64,000 nt of DNA, from assembly GCF_016432865.1 (NCBI RefSeq), contig NC_067401.1, forward strand, positions 40,734,001 through 40,798,000, given 5' to 3'. Below, piece by piece: positions 1-12,900 of the stretch (positions are counted from its first letter, which is position 1; each line of letters starts with the position of its first letter). The translations under genes and the position numbers were made by a program. The notes beneath the pieces were generated by a model. The model saw only the letters and a program-made list of their open reading frames with translations, had not been told where the DNA came from and searched no databases. The stretch comes from Antechinus flavipes. Its lineage: Eukaryota.

Positions 1-1383
1 AAGTTGGTCAAATTTCATTTATAATTTCTTGCAATATAGTGGATGGGTTTAGTTTTTCTTTTTTTTTATTATGACTTTGAGGGGATCAAATGACTCGAAA
101 TACTTTCCCCTCGAACTCTTCACCAGGTCATTTCTTTTTTGACATAAGAGAGCTTAAATTCTCTTTTACTTTTTTGATCTTTTTATTTTGTTCTAGTCTT
201 GCTGTCTCATAGGAATCATTGGTTTCTCTATATTTCACGGTATTATTCAAAGAATTTCAACTGGTTTTGCTTTATCATATTTTCTTCAAAGCTATTCTTC
301 CAATCCTCTATCATTTCCTTCAGTCTTTATATTAAACTTGAGTAGTTGGAGATACCAGTGAATCTCTTGTTACCTTGTATTCTCACCATTGTAATACAGA
401 GAATACTTTGTACTCTAATTTAACCTCAATTCTTAACTCCCCCCACCCCTATCTGGCTCCAAACGTTCCTCAACTGCTTTGAAACACTGAGGAAGGCATG
501 AAAAAATTGCCAAATGGATTCACTACAAATTGAGGCAGTCTAGTCCCTACTAGACAAAAATGGTGCAGGCAATACTTTTTATTCTTCCTGACTGGTCTTC
601 TATTACACGCTCTGTAGAAGTTATTCCAAACATTATCTGGCTTCAAACTTCCTCTTCTCTCTTTCAGCATAGATCATCTAATTTAAGAAAAGGAAAAAAG
701 AGGTGCATGTTAGGTAGAGGAATTTCATCTTTCCCTCCCCTTTCTTCACTCAAACCACTATCCCATCACTCCAAAATCCTCCAAACACATTATTGTTTAC
801 CTCCAAGTTCTACAAATCAATTCTAAAACTTGCTTTTCAACTATCTTTGGCAAACAAATTTTAAAAACTTTATGAAACACATTCGTAAACCATCGTGTTT
901 GGAGTTCTACACTAAAAATGACAGTGTTAAAAATAGGAGTTTAAAGGGAAGGAAGAGTTGTTTATTCTAGAACTGGGAGAGTAGAGGGGCGGGGCACTGG
1001 GATTGCGAAATAGGTTTTTTCCATAACGGAAAAGGCAGAGTTGAATCTGCCCCGGGGAGGTTTCGTAACCCTAAGGGATTTGTTAAGGAGCATGCGCGCC
1101 GAGCCTGCCGGGGTTAGGGGTGGAGCGTGGGGCGTAAGCAAAGGGGAGCCAGAGTCGCCAGGCAAAGGTCCAGGGAAAAGTTTTAAAGGAGGGCAAGCGA
1201 AAGTGTTTTCGTTTTTGTCACTTTTCTCTTTTCCGTTTTAAAATGCTTGGGTGCCGCGACTTTCCGGGGGAGGGCTGGGCGTGTGGGTCTCGGGGAGAAG
1301 GCGACTGGGGAGGGTAAGCGTAGAAGGCGAGCGCGAGCGCGTGGGGACGAGTGCGTAAGTTTTAAAGGACTTTTTGGCGCGAG

Positions 1384-1424
1384 ACAGCTCCTTTGAGAGA
1401 AGGTGGGTGGCTCTGAAAAGAGCC
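1384..1424 (-). terminator. H2B 3' stem-loop (1409-1424) and HDE (1384-1394)
   Basis: Minus strand GGCTCTTTTCAGAGCC-ACCCA, then AAAGGAGCTGT. Confidence 0.95.
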
Positions 1425-1462
1425 TTTGTTTCGGGGCGGGGGGGCGGCGCGAGCGACTCCGG

Positions 1463-1788
1463 NNNNNNNNNNNNNNNNNNNNNNNNNNNNNNNNNNNNNN
1501 NNNNNNNNNNNNNNNNNNNNNNNNNNNNNNNNNNNNNNNNNNNNNNNNNNNNNNNNNNNNNNNNNNNNNNNNNNNNNNNNNNNNNNNNNNNNNNNNNNNN
1601 NNNNNNNNNNNNNNNNNNNNNNNNNNNNNNNNNNNNNNNNNNNNNNNNNNNNNNNNNNNNNNNNNNNNNNNNNNNNNNNNNNNNNNNNNNNNNNNNNNNN
1701 NNNNNNNNNNNNNNNNNNNNNNNNNNNNNNNNNNNNNNNNNNNNNNNNNNNNNNNNNNNNNNNNNNNNNNNNNNNNNNNNNNNNNNNN
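1463..1788. other. Assembly gap (326 N) covering most of the H2B CDS
   Basis: N run; its size fits the missing CDS plus about 12 nt of UTR. Confidence 1.
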
Positions 1789-1855
1789 GAGCCTTGGTCA
1801 CGGCTTTCTTGGAGCCCTTCTTGGGGGCAGGGGCGGACTTGGCCGGCTCGGGCAT
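1475..1855 (-). CDS. H2B: Histone H2B, replication-dependent; only codons 1-23 are sequenced, the rest lies in an N gap
   Basis: ATG at 1855 reads MPEPAKSAPAPKKGSKKAVTKA(Q) into the gap 1463-1788. A 126-aa CDS would end at about 1475, inside the gap, so the end is inferred. Octamer and TATA upstream, stem-loop downstream. Confidence 0.85.
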
Positions 1856-2628
<773 letters not shown>

Positions 2629-2673
2629 GCCGACTCGGCTCCCGGGGCCGAAAGGCTCACTCCCGAAACCAAC

Positions 2674-2716
2674 GGCTCTTTTCAGAGCCACCCACCCCGT
2701 CAGAGAAAAGGGGCTG
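2674..2716 (+). terminator. H2A stem-loop (2674-2689) and HDE (about 2706-2716)
   Basis: GGCTCTTTTCAGAGCC-ACCCA ... AAAAGGGGCTG. Confidence 0.95.
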
Positions 2717-3633
2717 TTGCCGAACTTCCAGTTGCGTTCCCGATCCCGGTGGCGGCGTGACATGCCGCGTACGTACCCTAACCCTAAATGCGTCCCCCCA
2801 GTCCCGGCACGAACCGGAGCCAGCCCACTCGATAAACCCGAGCGGAGGCGACAAGTCCCCGCTTCCCTTAGCGAAGTCGGGTCAGCACCCCGGTCTCGCT
2901 CTCGCCTCGCCCCGTTGGCTACTCTTTCCCCCCCTCCCCCCCGGCCCGAAAGCTGTTGGTGTCAACGTCCAGTGCCACTTTATCCCGGAACGAAAGGCGA
3001 CCAAGTTTTGTCCAGCGCCTCGACGTACTGTACTTGTCAGAAACGACCGGCGTGTCCGACTGCCGTCCGCGGGGCGATGACCCCAGGGCGTCGGAAATCA
3101 CTAAAGTGCCCGTATCCCAAACTTTCCCTGGGATAACTCGGGAGCGAAGCTCCCAGCCAATCCGCCGCTTAGGCGGGCTTTTCGTTCGCAGTCCTAAGCC
3201 CCATACGCAAAGGAACCCTGAGAGGGGGGAACGGGGTGGTGGTGGTGGTGGTGACACCGTGGAGGGAGGAAGAGACGGGACTAAGGATGGTGGTGGCGGA
3301 AGAGTTTCTGGCTGCCGGTAGTAGTATCCCGCACCTTTAGGACTACTGTTGTAACGGGAGGGAGAAGGTGGAAATAAAACCGAAGTTCCTGGTTCTCGTC
3401 CTCCCGGAAGTGCCGGCCGGTGTTTTTTGAGCGGGCGTTGGGTGGGTGCCCTGAAAAGCCAAGGGCGTACCCTGGAGAAGCGCGGGAGGGTCAAGTGGGT
3501 GGCCGGCCGCGCAAAAATTCAGCAAACTAGTGGAAAGTTGGGGGACTCGATCGGGCACGGACACACGTCAGCGCCCCGAACGTTTGAGGTGTTCTTTTCC
3601 CGCCGAACAGAGGGAGAGGGCGAAGAGGAAAGC

Positions 3634-3711
3634 GGGGGGGGGGGGGGGGGGAGTCGGGGAGTCGGGGAGTCGGGGAGTCGGGGAGTCGGGGAGTCGGGGA
3701 GTCGGGGAGTC
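3634..3711 (+). repeat. G18 run plus (GGGGAGTC)x8 minisatellite
   Basis: Eight perfect 8-mers at 3648-3711, overlapping a G run at 3634-3651. Confidence 0.95.
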
Positions 3712-3894
3712 GGGGGAGGGAAGGCAAGGGGACCCAGAGTTAGCGGGAAAGGGACTGCACAACTAAAAAGCTGTGGGATGGAGTTTAAAAACACGGACTG
3801 GTTAATCAGAAAAGGCAGCGGTGGGAGAAAGGATGAAAAACCGAGACCTACTCAGCGAGCGGAGGTTTTTTCCGCGAGGGTCGAGCTGGGGTAG

Positions 3895-4590
<696 letters not shown>

Positions 4591-4627
4591 GGCGCCGCTT
4601 TCCGCCCGTGGAAGTCCACACCCCAAA

Positions 4628-4669
4628 GGCTCTTTTCAGAGCCACCCACGTTCTCACGAGAGTAGCTGT
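4628..4669 (+). terminator. H3 stem-loop (4628-4643) and HDE (about 4658-4669)
   Basis: GGCTCTTTTCAGAGCC-ACCCA ... GAGAGTAGCTGT. Confidence 0.93.
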
Positions 4670-4871
4670 GATCGCGCCCACCTCTCCCCCCTCCTTTGCA
4701 ACTTTGACTTGCTCCTGAGTTTTGCTGCATGGACAAAGGGAGCTTGCCGGCCCTTGTCGAGGCGAGTAGCCGCGAAAGGGCAGCTGCCGCTTGACCCCTA
4801 GTTTCTGTCCTTGGCCCCTGCCTCCCGACTCGGTTGACCATTGAGTGCGCGCACTGTGGGGAGGGCGGGCG

Positions 4872-4907
<36 letters not shown>
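4872..4907 (+). repeat. (GGCT)x9 microsatellite
   Basis: Read directly. Confidence 0.95.
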
Positions 4908-4962
4908 AGCCATTCGCTGAGGGCGGCGCTGCGTCCTTTTCCCCTTCCCTTCCTGCCGGGCT

Positions 4963-4996
4963 TGCATGCGCGCGCGCGCGCACGCACACGCACACA
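4963..4996. repeat. Alternating purine-pyrimidine tract, (CG)n/(CA)n
   Basis: TGCATGCGCGCGCGCGCGCACGCACACGCACACA, 34 nt. Confidence 0.9.
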
Positions 4997-5406
4997 AATC
5001 GGGAGTGGAGCATGCAAGTAACTATAAAAACAATATTAAACTGGCGATCCTGGGGAGAAAGGAAGAAGCCAAAACGCCCCTGCTTGCCCCAAAGCACACA
5101 CAGACTTGGGGCCAAAAAGAACCCTCCCTCTGCTTGGGTCATGTCAGACTTGGTCAGCTAGGCGGGGCGGGGAAGACGACCGGGGCAGTCACATAAGCCG
5201 CCCCCAATATACATATAAATGGGGGTGGGGGCGAACATTGGGATGGACATATGCTACTTGGAATTAAGAGGATTTTTGTAGCTGCTTTTTTTATTTTTTT
5301 TTTCATTTTTTTTTTTTTTTTGCGTTTTTATTTACTCATTTGGGTGGGCATTTATTTCATTAAAAATCACAATGGTTTCTCCAGAGACGGATGGGGTCGG
5401 GAGGCT

Positions 5407-5448
5407 CAGCTCTTTTTCTGAGGCGAGTGGGTGGCTCTGAAAAGAGCC
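5407..5448 (-). terminator. H1 stem-loop (5433-5448) and HDE (5407-5417)
   Basis: Minus strand GGCTCTTTTCAGAGCC-ACCCA ... AAAAAGAGCTG. Confidence 0.95.
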
Positions 5449-5480
5449 TTTGGGTGGGTCAAGTTTCGAGGACTAGCTCT

Positions 5481-6140
5481 CTACTTCTTGGCTGTCGCCT
5501 TCTTGCTTTTGGCGGCTTTGGGCTTCGCCGTCTTGGGCTTGGCCACCTTCTTGGCCTTGGCCGCCTTGGGCTTAGCCGGGCTCTTGGCCACCTTCTTGGG
5601 CTTGGCCGCCTTGGCCTTCTTCGGGCTCTTGGCCGCTTTCTTGGCGGCTGCCGGCTTCTTGGCTTTCTTCGGGCTCTTCTTCACCGTCTTCTTGGCGCCC
5701 GCGGCTCCCGTCGCCTTCTTGGGCTTCTTGGAGGCACCGGCAGCCTTCTTGGTCTTGGCCGAGGCCGGCTTCTTGGCCTTAGTCTTCGTGTCGGCCGTCG
5801 GGGCCTTCTTGTTCAGCTTGAACGAGCCCGACGCGCCGGTGCCCTTGGTCTGCACCAGGGTCCCTTTGCTCACCAGGCTCTTGAGCCCCAGCTTGATGCG
5901 GCTGTTGTTCTTGTCCACGTCGTAGCCCGCCGCCGCCAGCGCCTTCTTCAGGGCTGCCAGGGACACGCCATTGCGCTCCTTGGAGGCGCTCACGGCTTTC
6001 GTGATCAGCTCCGACACGGGCGGACCCGCGGCCTTGCGCCGCGCTCCCCCGGCGGCCGAAGCCCTCTTGCCCTTTTTCTTGGCCGGCGCTTTCTCCGCGG
6101 GGGCCGGGGCAGCGGGAGCGGCGGGGGCCGTCTCGGACAT
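5481..6140 (-). CDS. H1: Linker histone H1, replication-dependent somatic type (219 aa)
   Basis: [18 protein letters not shown]-terminus, globular domain [12 protein letters not shown]...[14 protein letters not shown], Lys/Ala/Pro-rich tail, intronless, with stem-loop. Confidence 0.97.
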   Translation of the reverse strand: MSETAPAAPAAPAPAEKAPAKKKGKRASAAGGARRKAAGPPVSELITKAVSASKERNGVSLAALKKALAAAGYDVDKNNSRIKLGLKSLVSKGTLVQTKGTGASGSFKLNKKAPTADTKTKAKKPASAKTKKAAGASKKPKKATGAAGAKKTVKKSPKKAKKPAAAKKAAKSPKKAKAAKPKKVAKSPAKPKAAKAKKVAKPKTAKPKAAKSKKATAKK

Positions 6141-6231
6141 GGCAGCGAAGGGAGACCGTACAGCAGCGACAGCGAGAAGTCACTAGAGGACGCCGCGGAC
6201 TCGCGAATAAGCGAGCTCCGCGCTGACCCAC

Positions 6232-6274
6232 TTATATATAGGTAAGGGCTGCCCCGTGATTGGTGCGCCGCCCC
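6232..6274 (-). promoter_or_regulatory. H1 proximal promoter
   Basis: TATATAA 6232-6240, H1-type GCACCAATCAC 6256-6266, GC box 6266-6274. Confidence 0.9.
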
Positions 6275-6390
6275 AGCCCTCCTCGCCCGTAAGGAAGGAA
6301 AATGGCTCCGCTCTCTTCCCGGCCTCTGCTGGGGAAGCGTGCAAAAAGCAGAAAATGGAGAAGGGAGGAGGGAGGGGCCACCCGGGGGAC

Positions 6391-6435
6391 GGGAGGCGGG
6401 GAGGCGGGGAGGCGGGGAGGCGGGGAGGCGGGGAG
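6391..6435 (+). repeat. (GGGGAGGC)n, about 5.5 units
   Basis: Four perfect units at 6398-6429 plus partial units on both sides. Confidence 0.93.
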
Positions 6436-9400
6436 AACGCGAGAGGGAGAAACCCGCTGCGGGAAGAGAAACACAACCTGCACCTCACCCTCCCCGACAA
6501 GGATTCCAGCCCGAAGGCGACTACTTGTCAGTTTTGGGTAGCCTGGACCGAGTTACGCTCTCCTCTTCTGGACGAGCAGTGTTCGCGTTTCAGTGGCTGC
6601 GGGACAGTTTGGGTTGTGTTTTGTTTTTTTTTTTTAAATAATCACTAGACGAGGCTGAGGCCCTTCTCTCCCTCCCCCTCTTTCCCCCCCCCCCCCATTA
6701 TTTTCTTGAAAGTAGCCCGGGGTTCCTCCGCCTTCTGAGCGGGGCTGTGTTCTAGAGCTCCAGGGGGTGGGGTGGCTGCCGTGGTCCCCAAACTCGACTA
6801 ATCTAGAAACTGCTGAGTAGGAACAGTAAAGTTCCAGTCCGAGGATTTCAGCTCACGCCAGAGAACGACTGATTAGTAGTCTAGAGATGCGGCGGGAAAG
6901 TGGCCACTTGGGTCTCAATTAGGTGACCTGCGATTCTCCTCCCACCTTTAAGGGGAGAGTTCGGGATTGACTCTAGGTGAAGTCTGGCGAAAGGTCAGGA
7001 CGGCACTATGGCCGGGCAAGGGGAAGGAACGCCCCGAACGGGGGTCTCTGTACTGGCTCCCGCCAAACCTGAGACTGACAAAAGTGGCCCAGTCACTCTT
7101 CCTCCTCGCCTTTTCTTTCTCTGGGTAATCTCGTAATTGGGAAAGGGAAGGGAAGGGCGTCTGGGCTTTGAGCTGGAGAGACAAAGGCGCGCAGAGATCA
7201 CTTGAGTACTCAGCTGCCCGGGGGCGGGGGGAGGGGGAGCCCTCAATATCCACTTTCTTCGGGCCCACCGCCGGGTCCCTAAGCAGAGGTGCTTGAAAAC
7301 ACGAAGAGTACTTTGAAATCGCCCTTTCTCTTCCCCTCTCCCGCCTCCCAGTATTGGGACGCCAGTTCCGAGGAAATCTCGAGGGTGGGTCACACATTAA
7401 GAGACACCACTGACGGGGACTGAACGTGAATTACCAACTCTCCCTTTTCACATAGAAATCCTGCTTATGGGGGATCGATCGTTCAGAGCACCGGACACGT
7501 CACCACGCCCTGGGAGAGCAGGGGAGGGAGCAGGGATGTCCGGGACAGATTGCGCGGACTGTTTGAACTTCTCATTTTGAACTGCCCGGGCTCAATAAAA
7601 TTTTTACTCGAAAGCTCTCGGATAAATGAAAGGGTGAGCTGGGAAGCCTCTCAGCCGCACCTGAAAAGTCGGAAAGAACACAACTTCCACTCTCACTTGC
7701 TTATTTTAAGTGGTTCTGAACGCTCCCCTCAGTCTAGAACCCTTTATAGTGGGGGCTAATGTCCTGGTGGCCACAAGGACCACACAGTACGTTCCAGATC
7801 ATTCTTTTATTCTCAAACCTTCACAGCAAAGGAAATTTGTTTCCCCCACCACCACCACCACCACCACCACCTAATACATGGATGAATGGAAGCACCACAA
7901 GAGATGTCCTTCAAGTCTCTCTATTCCTGACACCAAGGAGCATCTGGAAAGCATACCTGCTCTCGCCACAGCAAATAGATCTCGTGTCTCTGGAGTGTTT
8001 GCTTTTTTAAACGGAAGGGGAAAAAAAAAAAAATCCACCCCGGCCCTGTCGTCGTCCTTCATTACAAATTGAAAAGCCGGGGTGCGCGTGGGGAGGGGGG
8101 AGAAATGGGCCTCACCGTAATTAGAGCCTAGCACTCACTCCGCAAGTCCAGGTTTGGCTTCTTGCCGACAAGAATGGATGAGTGCACTCCTCGAGAGACA
8201 GGGGGACGAGAGGGAGAGCAGAGATTAAGGGTACCTGGGCAGAATCTGCCTGCAGGGATGGCCATCGCTAAAACTTGGGGGGAGGAAGTATTTCTCCACC
8301 CAAGTCAACCCAATCCCCTCTCACCTCCGGGCCTCCCTTTTCCCCTCAGAGCTGAGAGAGACTTAGGGACTCGTGGGAAAGTCAAAATTAGAGGTTGGGA
8401 GCATGGAGGGAAGGCCCTTATCTCAGAGACCGACCTTTCTCCCTTCATAAGTGCAGCAGCTCTACCTGCTTGGTCTCCCACCAGCGCCCCGTTTCCTGCA
8501 CACTGGGGTCAATCTTCATCTTCCCCACCCTGCTTTGTGAAGGAGCTCCTTCACGCCATCTTTTACTCCTAAAAATAGACCTGAGAAATAAGTGGGCAAA
8601 CAGACGGAACTATCTCCTAGGATCTCTCCCCTTCCTTCCTCTCCCCTCCCCTCCTCCCACCGAGCACTCCAACATCGCCTCCCTTCTCTCTCCCCCCCCA
8701 CCCCTCTCCCCCCCAGAGTCAGCCGACAGACTGCTGACCCCCCACGGGCAAAGGTTAGAAAGGCCAGACGGGGTCAGCCGCACTTCAAATCCCGGCTTCT
8801 TCCTCCGACTCGGAAGAGATCTGGGAGGGGCCGGAGGGGTTGTAAAGGCAGTAACTCCTGTACTCCGGGATCAACCAACTGGCAACTGTTGCCACAAGAA
8901 TCTCCAGGCTTTCTTTGTTACAAGGTATGTCGCCAAACTCCTTTGCCGAGGCACTAGCCGCGCGTTACAGAGTGTCGGCGGCCGGGCGGGGACGAGAGTA
9001 ACCGATGGCACATCCAAACCCACGTTGGTTTTTCAACAAACAATCTGCAAACCTCCCTGGTCTCATGCTGACCTGTGCTTTCTGGACCAGGACGGACTCC
9101 GTCCCTTTAGATCTTTAAATCTGTGCGTGTGAAACACGATCCTTTTACAGACTCTGCCTGTGACTCTGCTTGTGCTCAGTCAGACGGAAAGGGATTTGAG
9201 TATATTGGCTACCTGCAGAGAGGTCGGGCTCCACTGTGGGGTGGGGGAGGGGCGGGCCTGCCCCTCCAACCCCCTCACACCCCAGGAAGAACCCCCCCAC
9301 ACACACCTCCTCCCATTGCTCTCTGGCTGAAACCTTAGCAAGGTATCAGATCCCCCTTGTCCTGAATCCTCTCCGCTCCGCTAAAGAAGCCTCTGCCTCT

Positions 9401-11344
9401 CCCTGACCAGGTGCCAACGTCCCGAGAGGAATCCCAGTGCACCGGTTTCAGGTCTGGGCTGGGAGCCAGGAGGATCTGGGCAGCAGTCCCACTGTAGCTG
9501 CTTACTGGACCAAGGTCACTTCTCTTGACCTCTTTTCCCCTCCCCTCTCAGATGAAGGGCTCGGCACTTAATGGCCTCTTCAATATACCCTTTGACCCTC
9601 CCATCCTGTGACCACATTGAGGGTGAAAGATTCAGCTCTGCTCTACTCTTGGGATGATGTGGGGCGATCCACAGCCCCCAGCACTAGAACACAGAACACA
9701 GCGCCTACCCCCACGGTGTCCATGGACTTGGTGCCCTGGAAAGAGGCACCAGCCTCATTCCCACCGGCCCTCTGGACAACCAGCAGCTGAGGTGAAGAGG
9801 AGGACCCAGTCGAGGCTGGAGGAGGATCTAGGGCAGACCCTCGTGGACACATTTCCCTGGAAGTTCAGGCTGGTCAACCCTCTAGGGAGCCCAGTGTTTT
9901 CCCAAGGTGGGTTGCACAAATCCTGGGGCCAGGCAGAGGCCCACTGGAAAAGATGCACACCTTGCTCTGACTGTGATGACGAATGGATCTGATTACGTCT
10001 CCTTTGCACTTGGAGAGGTGGGGAAGAGAGTTCCCTCTCCGTAAAGGCTCTTCTATAGTCAGTATTCCCTCAGGCAACTGTCTTGGGCAGTTGGTGGCAG
10101 AGTGGACAACTCCTGGACCAGCACTGTCAGCAAGACCAGACTTCAAATCTGCCTTTTGATTTGAATAGTCCCTTGGTCTTATAAATTTGTGTCAATTCCC
10201 CATGTACCCTAGTTATTAGACATATCAGACTTTTATTCAGGATATGTGGACAGATTTTTTTCACCACTTTATTCTTTCCCTCCTTGTCCTAGTTACTTTG
10301 ATTTTGTTTTTATTTTATATAATCCAGATTGTCTTTTTGTCTTTTATATTTTGTCTTTTTTGTTTTTTAGAATCTTCTCTTATCTTGATTTGTGAAGGAC
10401 TTTCCCATTCCTATCCAGGATAGTGCAAAGTACCTCCATATGTTCTCTTCTTTTTTTTTTTTTTTTTTTTTTTAAATGTACTGACCTTTCATATAGAGCT
10501 GAAGTATTGACATGGGGTGTATTTTGATATATGATAGAATTGCTGGTCCATATTCAATTTCTGCTGAACAGTTTCCTTTCAGTTTCTGTCTAAAATGGAG
10601 ACCTTCCTCCTGGTTTGTTTTTTGTTTTTTGTTTTTTTTTTTCCTGTGGCTGATCAACAGTTGTGCTTTCCTTCACTATGCTGTATTACTTTTGGTCTTT
10701 GCTTATGTAATCTTTTCCTCTGATTTACTTTTCAATATTTTAAAATAAAACCAAATAATTCTTTGAAATACAGTTTGAAAGCTAGTTATAGGTGTATTCT
10801 TTTTTTTTTTTTTAAACTAATGTTTCATCTCATGTCCTTCCTTGGCATTTATATTGGTATTATATAAAATCTGAAAATTTAAGTAGCACAGTCATTTTCA
10901 TTAGATTAGCATAAACAAACTGAACAATTATTTTTTTCCAATTTTCAATTTTCCTTTATAGCTGTTGAAACAAAACATACTTTGATAATGTCTTTATAAA
11001 AGACTCGATTTAATAGATTATTTTGAGTGGAACTTCTCTTTTCAGCAATCTTTATTTTCATTTGTAGAAATGCTATTTTCTGGATTTCTTGAATCTTGTA
11101 ATTTTCATGAATATATTAATCATTTAATTTTTTCACTGATTCTCTGGATTTTTTCAAGTTAACCATCATTTGGTCTGTAAACAGGGAGATATTCTCGCCT
11201 TAAGTTCATTTTCCCAATTTGTTGCTCTAGTTAACATTTTTGGAACTATATCAAATAACACTGGTGATGAGATCATCTAGTACAGAGTTCTAATTGTTAG
11301 GAATATTTTCCTGAAATCAACTCTAAATTTTCTAAATTCCTTCT

Positions 11345-12513
11345 TGTTATGGGCCAGAACTCTGTACTTAACATAAGGATTCTTACAAGATGGTAACTCA
11401 GTGGAATTGATAAAGACAATGGTTATCTTAGTTTAGCATGGTGATGAATAGTGTGTGGTATAGCAAATCCAATTTACAAATACTCAGAAATATCTCATTA
11501 AGAATAGAAGTATTTATTCTTAGAATCTTGCAAGAAGGGAACTTCTCCAGATTGGACTCCAAATCAGTCTAGAGAGGTTAATTTACACAGAGATTAAAGT
11601 GAGTTATATAGTCCTGACCACAAGAATAATGCTTGTAAGTAACATGAACTTGTCAAATTTTGAGCTGAATTTTATGACTTTAAATCAGTTTTGCAACTGC
11701 TTACAACTGTTTTCCCTATTTTATTTTCCCAGATAAACTAAATCTCAATCTACCTTAGTTAATGATTTTATAAGAAACTATATATTCCCCTCACAAAGAT
11801 TTGTTTAGAGATAAGTAATCCATTAAACTAGGATAACCAAGGAGACTTGGTTTACCTCAGGCTTCCTCAACAAATGGAGATTATCCAATTTACAGATCCC
11901 TTAGAATGTTTCCAGTTCATTAATTAGTTACCTTCTTCTAGGAAGTTAAATAAAGGTGCAGGAGATCAGATATTTCTATTAGAGGTTTTTAGTTCTCCTT
12001 TCCAGAGCCTTAATGATTAACCGACCCTTGAAATTGGGTCTGGAATTGATGAAGTTTAGGTTTTGGGGTTCCCTTCCAAATTATCAAATGACTGTTCTTG
12101 GGAAGTCCTCAGTTTCCCATTACGCTCAATAGTTCTCTAGTTCAGTACATGTACTTAGTACTTAATAAAGTTCCACAAGATTCGCACCTTTGATAATGTA
12201 ATTGGAATAGAGCATATAAACTAGGACAAACTCAGACAGTGTCAGAGCCAGAGAAGACAGAGGAGACAGGAGCTCAAACTCTTGGAGCCAAAGAGAGAGA
12301 CATTCATTCCATCTTCATCAGGCTCATGGTGGCTGGCCTGTCCTCCTGCTCCCCCTACTGAGACCAAGGCCTATTTGAAGGGCTTCAAGAAAGCTAACTG
12401 GGTCCCAGGAATGAAGACAATAAAGAATTTAGATTTTAACACCTGGCTATTGTGGTGATTACTGAAACAAAGGCTGCTCCAAGACCTTCAGAAAACCAAC
12501 CTAGAACACTACA
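11345..12513 (+). mobile_element. Solo LTR (class II ERV type), possibly with an internal insert
   Basis: TG...CA termini, 6-bp TSD CCTTCT (11339-11344 / 12514-12519), AATAAA near 12420, ends homologous to the LTR at 30579-31185. Confidence 0.85.
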
Positions 12514-12769
12514 CCTTCTTTGAACTTCTATTTACCCCACTGCTCCTGGTTTTTTCCTCTGAAGGAGTCATAAGCAACCCTATTCCTTTTTTCAATAGTC
12601 CTTCAACTATTTAAAGATTTTATATTTTTCCAACCCATCCCATTCTTTTCTTCTCTGGGCTAATTACCCCTAATTCCTAAGGTATGAATCATCAGGCTGG
12701 TTGTCTTCCTCTGGAAAAATATCAATGCATGTCTTAAAAACTTGACACCTAGAACCGAATACTAGAAGC

Positions 12770-12900
12770 CACCTACTCCATTTTACAGGTAAGGAGACTG
12801 AGATCCAGAGAATTGGCCTAAAGTCACACTGAAAATAAACAGCAGAGGGGAATTTGAACTTAGGTCTTCTAATTCCAGACTCAGTCTTCTTTCCATTTTA
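12770..12900 (-). mobile_element. MIR-like CORE-SINE fragment
   Basis: CCATTTTACAG...GAGACTGAG...ATTTGAAC core pattern. Confidence 0.6.

Noticed and set aside
2776-2787. CCCTAACCCTAA telomere-like dimer
   Set aside because: Only two units; expected by chance
8881-8893. GGCAAC-T-GTTGCC inverted repeat resembling an RFX X-box
   Set aside because: Half-sites are in the opposite order to a true X-box
9608-10146. ORFs with faint MHC class I or TM-exon-like stretches
   Set aside because: No conserved Ig cysteines or convincing exon structure; similarity too weak
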